A stretch of 63,911 nt of DNA, the filler included, from Nitrospirae bacterium CG2_30_53_67 (GTDB lineage Bacteria > CG2-30-53-67): NCBI GenBank assembly GCA_001873285.1. It is 6 parts of 6 records of this genome, joined end to end, with 100 filler letters (N's around TTAATTAATTAA, not from the genome) between each part and the next. Parts side by side here need not be neighbours in the genome. Positions count along the whole stretch, not along the records: positions 12,984 to 34,142 come from MNYV01000003.1; 5 more parts are not named here. One strand, given 5' to 3'. Under the pieces are notes generated by a model. The model ran no database searches, was not told the DNA's origin, and saw nothing but the letters and a program-made list of their open reading frames with translations. Shown here one piece after another: positions 19,307 through 27,873 of the stretch (the first letter of the stretch is position 1; the number at the start of each line of letters is the position of its first letter). A program made the translations under genes and the position numbers.

Positions 19307-20848
19307 ATGCAAGACGACAACGAATTAATCCAGCAGCGGAAGAAAAAGATCCGGGACATGATGGAGGAGGGGATCGAGCTCTATGCCCACCGGTTTGATC
19401 CCGAACATTCCACCCGGGAGATCCTGGATCGTTACGGCTCGTCCACCGCAGAAAAACTCTCAGCCGAAAAACCCCAAGCGGTGATCGCCGGCCGGATTAT
19501 CTCCATGCGGCGGTTCGGCAAAGGCGCCTTTGCCCATTTGCAGGATGCCGGCGGGAAGATCCAGATCTTTATATCCATGAATACGTTGGGAGAGACGGCC
19601 TTCGGACTCTTCCGCCGTATGGATATCGGGGACTTCATCGGCGTCAGAGGCGGCCTTTTCTTCACCAAGACCGGCGAGCTTACGGTGGAAGTCCGGGATC
19701 TCAAACTCCTGACCAAATCCTTGCGCCCGCTCCCCGAGAAGTGGCACGGCCTCAAAGACAAGGAGATCCGGTACCGGCAGCGGTACCTCGACCTGGTGGT
19801 CAATCCCCAGGTCAAAGAGACCTTCACCCTGAGGAGCCGGATCATCTCGTCCATCCGGGAATTCATGAACGGCCATGGTTTCCTCGAGGTGGAAACTCCC
19901 ATGATGCAGCCGATCCCCGGCGGGGCCGCGGCCCGCCCTTTTAAGACACACCACAACGCCCTCAGCACGGACCTCTATCTTCGGATCGCCCCGGAACTCT
20001 ATCTCAAGAGACTCCTGGTGGGAGGCTTGGAACGCGTGTATGAACTCAACCGTAACTTCCGGAACGAAGGGATGGACCTGGAGCACAACCCGGAATTCAC
20101 CATGATTGAATTCTATATGGCTTATGCAGACTATACGGATTTGATCCCGCTGACCGAATCCCTTTTGAGCGAGGTCTGCCGGGAAACACGGGGCACGCTG
20201 GCCCTTGACTTCAAGGGGGAGGTGATCAACCTGACGCCGCCCTATAAGAGAGTGAGCTATCACGAAGCGCTGTCATCCGCTCTCCATGAGAAAGGTTACC
20301 CCCAAGAAATCTTGAATGATGCAGAAGGGCTCCTGAAGGCCGCTTCCGGACTCGGCATCCAGAATCCCGGCAGGATGCCGAGGTTCAAGCTCGTGAATAA
20401 AATCTTCGAAATTCTGGTGGAGCCCAGTCTGATGCAGCCGACCTTCGTGACCGATTATCCCACAGAGGTATCGCCCCTTTCCAAACGGAAACCGGACCGG
20501 CCCGATCTGGTGGAACGGTTTGAGCTTTTTATCGGGGGCAAGGAAATCGCCAATGCCTTTTCCGAATTGAACGATCCCGAAGACCAGCGGGAACGATTCG
20601 AAAAGCAGGCGGCGAGCCGGGCGGGAGGGGATGAAGAAGCCATGTTCATGGACCAGGACTTCCTCCGGGCCCTGGAATACGGGATGCCCCCGGCCGCGGG
20701 CGAGGGAATCGGGATTGACCGGATGGTCATGCTCCTGACCGGCAACGAATCCATACGAGACGTGATCCTCTTTCCGCAGATGCGCCCGGAAGCCGGAATT
20801 TCATCATCCTCCGGCACGAATTTCCCGCCGGAGGAAACGACGCCATGA
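19307..20848 (+). CDS. lysS: Lysine--tRNA ligase (class II)
   Basis: LPEKWHGL, RYRQRYLDL, YLRIAPELYLKRL, GIGIDR. Confidence 0.97.
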   Translation: MQDDNELIQQRKKKIRDMMEEGIELYAHRFDPEHSTREILDRYGSSTAEKLSAEKPQAVIAGRIISMRRFGKGAFAHLQDAGGKIQIFISMNTLGETAFGLFRRMDIGDFIGVRGGLFFTKTGELTVEVRDLKLLTKSLRPLPEKWHGLKDKEIRYRQRYLDLVVNPQVKETFTLRSRIISSIREFMNGHGFLEVETPMMQPIPGGAAARPFKTHHNALSTDLYLRIAPELYLKRLLVGGLERVYELNRNFRNEGMDLEHNPEFTMIEFYMAYADYTDLIPLTESLLSEVCRETRGTLALDFKGEVINLTPPYKRVSYHEALSSALHEKGYPQEILNDAEGLLKAASGLGIQNPGRMPRFKLVNKIFEILVEPSLMQPTFVTDYPTEVSPLSKRKPDRPDLVERFELFIGGKEIANAFSELNDPEDQRERFEKQAASRAGGDEEAMFMDQDFLRALEYGMPPAAGEGIGIDRMVMLLTGNESIRDVILFPQMRPEAGISSSSGTNFPPEETTP

Positions 20849-22116
20849 TGAAGTTCGAACTGCTCATCGGCCTCCGGTATCTCAAATCCAAGCGCAAGAA
20901 TGCCTTCGTCTCTCTGATCACCCTGATCTCCATTATCGGCGTGACCGTGGGGGTGATGGCGTTGATCATCGTCCTCGCGGTGATGAACGGTTTTGAGGAG
21001 GACCTCAAGTCCAAGATCCTCGGGACCAACTCCCATGTCGTGGTCCTGCAGGCCGGCAAAGAAGGCATGTCCGGATACTCGGAAATCATGAAAAAGATCC
21101 ATGGGACCCCCCATGTGGTTTCAGCGACCCCTTTTGTCCTGAACCAAGTCATGCTGACCACCCAGAATAACGTTTCAGGCGTCGTGATCCGCGGGATCAT
21201 CCCCGAAGAGGAAGGCCGGGTCACGGACATCACCAGGAATATGGTCGAGGGAGACATCATGGACCTCTCCCGAAAGTCCGATCAACCCGATAAGAGCGAG
21301 GTTTACGGGATCGTCATCGGACGCGAGCTCTCCATGTCGCTGGGCGCTTACCTCGGAGACCCGGTCAATGTGGTCTCCCCCCTCGGCAGGATCACCCCCC
21401 TCGGCATGGTCCCCAAGATGACCCAGTTCCGGGTCGTGGGGATCTTCGATTCCGGACTCTATGAGTACGACACCGGGCTCGCCTATATCTCTCTCCCTCA
21501 TGCGCAGAATTTCTTTGACATGGGTGACCGGGTGACGGGCATTGAGATCAAGCTTGACAATATCTATGCGGCCAAGGACGTCAGGAACAGGATTCAGGCG
21601 TCTCTCGGTCCAAACTACTGGGCCAAGGACTGGATGCAGATGAACCGGAACCTCTTTTCAGCTCTGAGACTGGAAAAAATCACCATGTTCATCATCCTTT
21701 CGCTGATCATCCTGGTGGCCGCCCTGAACATCATCAGCACCCTGACCATGGTGGTCATGGAGAAGGGCAAAGAGATCGCCATTCTGAAATCCATGGGCGC
21801 ACGGAGAAAGAGCATCATGCGGATCTTCATGGTGGAGGGGCTGATCATCGGGTTTCTGGGCACCGCCCTCGGGTGCATCTTCGGACTTCTCGTGGCCTTG
21901 AACCTGGAAACGATCGTCGGTTCCATAGAAAATTTCTTCCACTTCAAGATCATCGACAGTTCCGTCTATTACATTGACAAGCTCCCTTCCAAGGTCAACC
22001 CCATGGATGTCTTTCTGGTCGTCCTCGTCACCTTCCTGATCAGCCTCTTTTCCACCATGTATCCCTCGTACAAGGCCTCCAAACTCGACCCGGTCGAGGC
22101 CATCCGGTACGAATAA
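20845..22116 (+). CDS. Lipoprotein-releasing ABC transporter permease LolC/LolE
   Basis: GLRYLKSKR, VLAVMNGF, KEIAILKSMG, YPSYKASKLDP. Confidence 0.93.
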   Translation: MMKFELLIGLRYLKSKRKNAFVSLITLISIIGVTVGVMALIIVLAVMNGFEEDLKSKILGTNSHVVVLQAGKEGMSGYSEIMKKIHGTPHVVSATPFVLNQVMLTTQNNVSGVVIRGIIPEEEGRVTDITRNMVEGDIMDLSRKSDQPDKSEVYGIVIGRELSMSLGAYLGDPVNVVSPLGRITPLGMVPKMTQFRVVGIFDSGLYEYDTGLAYISLPHAQNFFDMGDRVTGIEIKLDNIYAAKDVRNRIQASLGPNYWAKDWMQMNRNLFSALRLEKITMFIILSLIILVAALNIISTLTMVVMEKGKEIAILKSMGARRKSIMRIFMVEGLIIGFLGTALGCIFGLLVALNLETIVGSIENFFHFKIIDSSVYYIDKLPSKVNPMDVFLVVLVTFLISLFSTMYPSYKASKLDPVEAIRYE

Positions 22117-22212
22117 CCCCTGGTTAATATAATGGTGAAACATGTCGACAAATGAAGATAAAACAAACGGATGAAGAACCAATGACGCAAGCGTTAACAT
22201 CGGGAGAATGAT

Positions 22213-22863
22213 ATGCAAAAACTCACAGTCCAACTTCTGAAATCCGAAGCAAAAGCCTTTGCCGACCGGGAATCAGGGCACAAAGAGAAATCGCTTTTCG
22301 GTGTGACGGACGGCAAAGCGGTCGGGACTTATCTGGAATACAAGTTCCAGGAAGCACTACAGAAGAAATACGAGTACGCGTGAGGTTCCTCGGCGAAAGG
22401 AATAGACTTTCCAAAACTGGATGTAGACATAAAAGTGACAAGCATTCGGCAGCCACAATCCTCCTGCCCCTTTAAATCGGCACGACAAAAAATATATGGA
22501 CTCGGTTATTCTCTCTTAGTTTTTGTATACGACAAGAAGGACGAGCGGAAAACGCGCACCGCTACATTGGACATCAAACATGTTATTTTTATCGAGAGCA
22601 GTCAGACCGGCGACTTTCAGACCACGACGGGAATCCTTAAAATATCGGACAATAACGGCAACGCTGATGATCTTGTCGCTTTCATGACGGAGCGTTTTTT
22701 GCCTGTGGACGAGATTCAAGCTGCGGAATTGGCGAAAGAAATCCTCAAAACCAGACCGAAAGTCGGCTATCTGACCATCTCAAACGCTTTACAGCGGAGG
22801 CTTCAGTACGCACGGGTCATTGAACAGGCCGGCAAAGTCAGCGGCGTACAGCGCATAGCATGA
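22213..22863 (+). pseudogene. Type II restriction endonuclease (probably NspV-like) interrupted by in-frame TGA at 22381-22383
   Basis: MQKLTV...FGVTDGKAVGTYLE...YEYA*GSSAKGIDFP..DIKVTSIRQPQSSCPF; the frame continues across the stop. NspV likeness is from recollection. Confidence 0.8.
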
Positions 22864-24431
22864 CGATCAAAAAAACAAAAATTGAATTCGGAGATTTTCA
22901 GACGCCCCGCGATTTGGCCAGCGCTGTTACGACCTTCCTCCGCGACGCGGGCATTTCACCGTCCGTTATCGTGGAACCGACGTGCGGCCGCGGCAGTTTT
23001 GTACTTGCGGCACATGATGTTTTTTCTAAAGCGCGTCAGATATTCGCTTTCGACATAAATGGCGCCTATATCTCAGCTTTACGTAAAGAAGTCCGTGATG
23101 CACACGGCTTTTATTGGCATGTGACCCGGCAGGATTTCTTCGCCTACAATTGGAAAGAGTTCTTCGCGACGTTTCGCGGTGAAATTCTCGTCCTGGGAAA
23201 TCCTCCATGGGTTACCAATGCCTCTCTCGGAGCATTGGGAAGCGACAATCTTCCTAAGAAAACAAACTTCCAAAATCACGTCGGTTTTGCCGCGAAGACC
23301 GGCAAGGCCGACTTCGACATTTCAGAATGGATGTTGATCAAACTCCTCGAAGCCCTTGATGGACGGCGCGGCAGCCTGGCCATGCTTTGTAAGACTTCAA
23401 CCGCGCGGAAAGTGCTCAGGCATGGCTGGCTCAATCGGTTTAATATCGGTAAGGCAAGCCTTCATTTGATAGACGCTGCTAAGCATTTTGATGTTTCGGT
23501 TGACGCTTGTTTGCTAATTGTTCACACCGGCGTTCCGGACCTGTTGTCTACGGCAGGTGTATATGCAGACCTTTCTTTCGATCATAAACTGACGACATTC
23601 GGTCTCGTAGGTAGAGACCTGGTCGCGGATGTTGACGAATATCAACGGTTGCGCGAGCTCGACGGTATTGCCTATTATACATGGCGCTCTGGCGTGAAAC
23701 ACGATGCGGCTTCCGTCATGGAGTTCAGTAAGTCCGGCGAGACACTGGTCAACGGTTCTGGTGAACAGGTCAAGATTGAACCGACCTACCTTTATCCGTT
23801 GTTGAAGTCTTCCGACCTCGCCAATGACAGGCTTATACCGAAACGCTCTGTTCTTGTTACTCAACGCAAGCCCGGTGATGACACGGAGTCTATTGCGAGA
23901 GCCGCTCCGAAGACGTGGGCTTACCTGCTGCGTCACGCGGAGGTTCTGGATCGGCGTCAGAGCATAATCTATCAGAAGCGACCGCGGTTCTCTGTATTCG
24001 GCGTCGGAGACTATACTTTCTCTCCATGGAAGGTGGCGATCTCCGGCCTCTACAAGAATTGCCGATTCGTAGTCGTCGGAAAGTACAAGAACAAGCCGGT
24101 GGTTTTAGACGATACCTGTTACTCCATTCCTTGTGGTTCCGAGGAAGAGGCAACTTTCGCAAGTCTTCTGCTCAATTCCGACATCGCAAAGCGGTTCCTT
24201 CATTCTCTCGTGTTCTTCGATGCAAAGAGACCAGTTACTATTGACGTGCTTAATCGTATTGATTTGAAACGAGTGGCAGAAAGGCTCGGTTTAGAAAGAG
24301 AAGCACGTTCATACCTCAGAGATGCTGCGATGTTTGAGAGCCAACAAGGTCTGCTCGTCTTTGAAAAACAAGCGCAGTATCTAACCAATCGCTCAAGAGG
24401 GACGCGGCTAAAAAGCCGCCGCGCCCCTTAG
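22860..24431 (+). CDS. N6-adenine-type DNA methyltransferase (M.NspV-like, gamma motif order)
   Basis: EFGDFQTP, EPTCGRG (motif I), GNPPW (motif IV), WRSGVKHD. Confidence 0.88.
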   Translation: MTIKKTKIEFGDFQTPRDLASAVTTFLRDAGISPSVIVEPTCGRGSFVLAAHDVFSKARQIFAFDINGAYISALRKEVRDAHGFYWHVTRQDFFAYNWKEFFATFRGEILVLGNPPWVTNASLGALGSDNLPKKTNFQNHVGFAAKTGKADFDISEWMLIKLLEALDGRRGSLAMLCKTSTARKVLRHGWLNRFNIGKASLHLIDAAKHFDVSVDACLLIVHTGVPDLLSTAGVYADLSFDHKLTTFGLVGRDLVADVDEYQRLRELDGIAYYTWRSGVKHDAASVMEFSKSGETLVNGSGEQVKIEPTYLYPLLKSSDLANDRLIPKRSVLVTQRKPGDDTESIARAAPKTWAYLLRHAEVLDRRQSIIYQKRPRFSVFGVGDYTFSPWKVAISGLYKNCRFVVVGKYKNKPVVLDDTCYSIPCGSEEEATFASLLLNSDIAKRFLHSLVFFDAKRPVTIDVLNRIDLKRVAERLGLEREARSYLRDAAMFESQQGLLVFEKQAQYLTNRSRGTRLKSRRAP

Positions 24432-24444
24432 CTCATCGTTAACC
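24379..24444 (+). other. attC recombination site (59-base element), 66 bp
   Basis: R'' ATCTAAC, 5-nt spacer, L'' GCTCAAG, stem GGGACGCGGC / GCCGCGCCC, L' CTTAGC, 5-nt spacer, R' GTTAACC; unpaired C in L'' and unpaired A in the stem. Confidence 0.85.
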
Positions 24445-24639
24445 CCCCCAGAATAACGGACACTCCATCGCCTTGAAACACCGAAATGTCCACATTCCTC
24501 TGTACACGGTGTAAGCCGCGCAGGAGTTTCCCATGATGATTCTTGCAAAAAGTTTATTGCCCGCTGCGGCCTTTCTTGATATAATTAAATAAATCGGAAA
24601 TCTTTATAAATGCTGGAATATCTCATTTATGGAGGTATC

Positions 24640-26202
24640 ATGACCGGAACGGAGACCATCAAAGGCACGAAATTGGGCGCTCTCCTGATCCAGAACAAGA
24701 TCATCACCGAGGAGCAATTAAAAGAGGCCCTGAAACGTCAATATCAGCAGGGGGGATTTCTCGGGACCAACCTGGTCATGCTGGGTTATATCGATGAAGA
24801 GACCCTTCTGCATATCCTGAGCACCAAGCTCGGAATCCAGAGCATCAGTCTGACCGGGATAGAAATCACTCCCATGCTCCAGAGGATGCTCCCGTTCGAC
24901 AAGGTGAAACTCCACAATGTCCTCCCCATCGCCCTGGAAGGAAACACCTTTATCGTCGCCATGGCCGACCCCACGGACCTCAAGGTCCAGAATGACCTGG
25001 AATACACCCTGAACCGCTCGGTCCGGGGAGTCCTGGCTTCGGAAACCGAAATCCTGGAAGCCGTTGAATTCTTCGAACGAGAAGGATACGGCATCAAGAC
25101 CTACGTTAAAACCGCAAAGAGCTCATCGAGAATGAACAGAAAACTCGACCTGAGAGAACTCCTGACGGCAACCGCCAAGAAAAAAGCATCCGACCTGCTC
25201 ATCACTGCGGGGGTCCCGCCGAGTCTGAAACTGAACAATGAAATTATCCGGCTGGATTACCCGTCGCTGACGCCGGGCCAGGTGGAGGAGCTGGTTCTTT
25301 CCATCCTGACCGAGAACCAGAGACTGAAATTCGACAAACAGTCCGAGCTTGACTTTGCCTATTCACTCTTTGATGTGGGGCGTTTCAGGGTCAACGTCTA
25401 CAAGCAGAGGAATTCCCTCTCCCTGACGGCCAGGAACCTCATGGATAACATCCCGTCATTCCAGGAGCTGGGGCTCCCCGCATGGATCAAGGATTTCGCC
25501 CTCAAGTCCCAGGGAATGATCCTGATCACCGGCCCGGCCGGCCACGGAAAATCCACCACCATCGCCTCGATCATTGAGTACATCAACAGCCACAGAAAAT
25601 GCAACATCATTACCATCGAAGATCCGATCGAGTTTCTCCTGCAGCACAAAAACAGTAATGTGAATCAGCGGGAGGTGGGTACGGATACGGAATCCTTCTC
25701 CATGGGGCTCAAACATATCTTCCGGCAGAGCCCGGATGTGATCATGATCGGAGAACTCAGAGACTATGAGAGCATCTCCATCGCCGTCAGCGCGGCGGAA
25801 ACCGGGCATCTCATCCTGGGGACGCTCCACACATTAAACGCAACCAGCACCATTGACCGGCTGATCAACGTCTTTCCCGGAGAACAGCAAAATCAGGTCC
25901 GCGCACAACTCGCCGAATCGCTGCTCCTGATTCTTTCTCAACGTCTTGTTGCGACATCGGACGGGAAAAGAAGGATCCTGGCGTACGAAAAACTCATCAA
26001 TTCGACTCGGGTCAAAAACCTGATCCGGAACAAGAAGACTCATCTGATCCGCACCCAGATGATGAACGACAAGGAAGATTTCGAAATCATCGACGCGAGT
26101 CTCGGCAGACTCGTGAACGAGGGAAAGATCCTCTACGAAGAGGCCATCAAGTTCGCGGACAACGAGAGCTTGTTTTCAGAGACGGCAAAGAAGAAACCCT
26201 GA
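24640..26202 (+). CDS. PilT/PilU-type ATPase with N-terminal MshEN/GspE-N domain
   Basis: KLGALL...LKRQ...FLGTNLV (MshEN), VAMADP; ASDLLIT, GRFRVN, GPAGHGKST, TIEDPIE, NQREVG, AAETGHL. Confidence 0.88.
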   Translation: MTGTETIKGTKLGALLIQNKIITEEQLKEALKRQYQQGGFLGTNLVMLGYIDEETLLHILSTKLGIQSISLTGIEITPMLQRMLPFDKVKLHNVLPIALEGNTFIVAMADPTDLKVQNDLEYTLNRSVRGVLASETEILEAVEFFEREGYGIKTYVKTAKSSSRMNRKLDLRELLTATAKKKASDLLITAGVPPSLKLNNEIIRLDYPSLTPGQVEELVLSILTENQRLKFDKQSELDFAYSLFDVGRFRVNVYKQRNSLSLTARNLMDNIPSFQELGLPAWIKDFALKSQGMILITGPAGHGKSTTIASIIEYINSHRKCNIITIEDPIEFLLQHKNSNVNQREVGTDTESFSMGLKHIFRQSPDVIMIGELRDYESISIAVSAAETGHLILGTLHTLNATSTIDRLINVFPGEQQNQVRAQLAESLLLILSQRLVATSDGKRRILAYEKLINSTRVKNLIRNKKTHLIRTQMMNDKEDFEIIDASLGRLVNEGKILYEEAIKFADNESLFSETAKKKP

Positions 26203-26245
26203 ACGTCCATCCGCCGGGATATGCGGGATATTTCCTTTCGGGAAT

Positions 26246-26575
26246 TCAGGATCCGTTCATATCCGCGAGTTCTTCCTCCAGATCAGAGGACTCCTCCAAA
26301 AGGCCGGGTTCATCCTTGGCGATCCTGGACGCTGCGCGTTCAAGGGCCTTTCTGACCTCCGGAATCAAATAGTAGTCTTCCAGAGGAAACCGGCATAGGA
26401 GGAGAGAAAGCAGATCGGCCTTATCCGGAACGGTCAGATCCTTCCGGATGATCATCATCGGTTCCCCTTTGATCCGGCAGAGGCCGCCCCGGCTTTTGCA
26501 CTTTTCATAACGAACCTTGATGGACATTTTCTGAGCCAGGGCTTCCAACTGTTCCAGCATTTCTCTTGAATTCAT
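26246..26575 (-). CDS. Hypothetical protein
   Basis: IKVRYEK..RGGLCRIKG...YLIPEVR; last gene of the minus-strand run. Confidence 0.65.
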   Translation of the reverse strand: MNSREMLEQLEALAQKMSIKVRYEKCKSRGGLCRIKGEPMMIIRKDLTVPDKADLLSLLLCRFPLEDYYLIPEVRKALERAASRIAKDEPGLLEESSDLEEELADMNGS

Positions 26576-26590
26576 ATCTCCCTCAATCCG

Positions 26591-27841
26591 TCAGAGACGC
26601 GTTTCGGCCAGCAGGTCATCATCGGTGCCTTCCCGCCGGTCTTCTCCCGAACTCCTTACCGTGATCGTCCTCCCTTTCACCTCAAGACGGTATGCCTCCC
26701 CCCACGGGTCCACGACCTCATTCTTTTCAAGAATGATTTCCTGAACCAGATCATTCAGAGCGCCGGGGAAGGATTCCGTCTCAAGGTAGTAGACCTTGGA
26801 AGCCGAAAGAATCCGGTCCATCTCCTGTAAGGCATGGACCTGTCTGATCAGTTCAAACCGATAAGCCATATTCCTTGTCACATCAAACAAGATCCCGGCG
26901 CCCGGCCGCCTGGAAGCCGTGAACAAGAAAAGCACCGCCGACAACATGATGGCATAAGCAGCGAGGTTCCTCAAGATTTTTCTGACCCGCCGCCTCTTCC
27001 TGTCGATTTCCTCAACTCCTAAGACCGGGGGCTCCTCTCCAACAGGCAGGATCAATCCGGCGGAGACAAGATTAAACAGCGCCTTGCTGGTTTCAAACTC
27101 TCCGATCAGGCTGATATCGACCAGTTTCCGGACGGATCTTTCACCGTCCACGAGGCTGTATATTTTCTCTTCCTCATGGCTCAGGGGGAAATCTTTCTGC
27201 AGGGCCTTCCCTCTATCCTTAAGGGATTTATTTTGCTGTGACTCATCAAACATCATGTCGATGGCGCTGTCAATGTCACCCGCAAGCGCTTTGTCTGCCC
27301 GTTTTTCATCCGCTTTTTTGAAGACGAGGACATCGGAAGATACAACCCGGCGTACTAGCGGCCACTCGTCCGTGAGACGCATACTCTCCATGAGGATCCC
27401 GTCACAGGGAATCGGGGCCGTATTATCCTTGTCATAATTCACGGGAACCTGCTCAAATCTGTAGTCCCCTTCTTTCCACTCGAAGATCTTGAAAACCGTC
27501 TCTCTGACCTGAAGCTGGATGATGGAGGAGAGATCCTTGCGGTGCACCATCTTTTCCTGTATGAGGATGTGTCCTAATTTTTGCCCCGTCTCCTTCTGGA
27601 CGGCAAGAATCCTTTCAAGGTCTTGATCGGTGATCAGTTCCGCCCTGACCAGGATCTGCCCCAGGAGCCGGCCTTTGCCCTTATGATAGGATTCGGCGGC
27701 CACGACCATGCCGTTCTCAAAGGTCACGGTGACGGTGTCTTGATCCGAGGTCAGGGTCAAGATCCCTGTTTTTTTCTGCATCCCGATGAGCTGCAGGATG
27801 TCCGTCATGCCGAAATCCTTGATCTTGCCTTCAAGGGCCAT
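26591..27841 (-). CDS. DUF4388 protein with MshEN-like repeat and C-terminal TM plus GspG-like tail
   Basis: MALEGKIKDFGMTDILQLI..QKKTG, LLGQILV..KLGHILI, C-terminal DPWGEAY..RSSGED..GTDDD. Confidence 0.8.
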   Translation of the reverse strand: MALEGKIKDFGMTDILQLIGMQKKTGILTLTSDQDTVTVTFENGMVVAAESYHKGKGRLLGQILVRAELITDQDLERILAVQKETGQKLGHILIQEKMVHRKDLSSIIQLQVRETVFKIFEWKEGDYRFEQVPVNYDKDNTAPIPCDGILMESMRLTDEWPLVRRVVSSDVLVFKKADEKRADKALAGDIDSAIDMMFDESQQNKSLKDRGKALQKDFPLSHEEEKIYSLVDGERSVRKLVDISLIGEFETSKALFNLVSAGLILPVGEEPPVLGVEEIDRKRRRVRKILRNLAAYAIMLSAVLFLFTASRRPGAGILFDVTRNMAYRFELIRQVHALQEMDRILSASKVYYLETESFPGALNDLVQEIILEKNEVVDPWGEAYRLEVKGRTITVRSSGEDRREGTDDDLLAETRL

Positions 27842-27873
27842 GGAGCAACCTCAATAAAAGATATGCAATCAGA

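Larger units (their letters stand above)
22193..24444 (+). mobile_element. Integron-type gene cassette carrying a type II restriction-modification system
   Basis: Begins at a GTTAACA core site 20 nt before the ATG and ends in an attC site overlapping the MTase 3' end. Confidence 0.7.

Noticed and set aside
22381..22383. TGA as selenocysteine or recoded stop
   Set aside because: It is not a Cys-type position, no convincing SECIS was seen, and TGA acts as a normal stop in other genes here.
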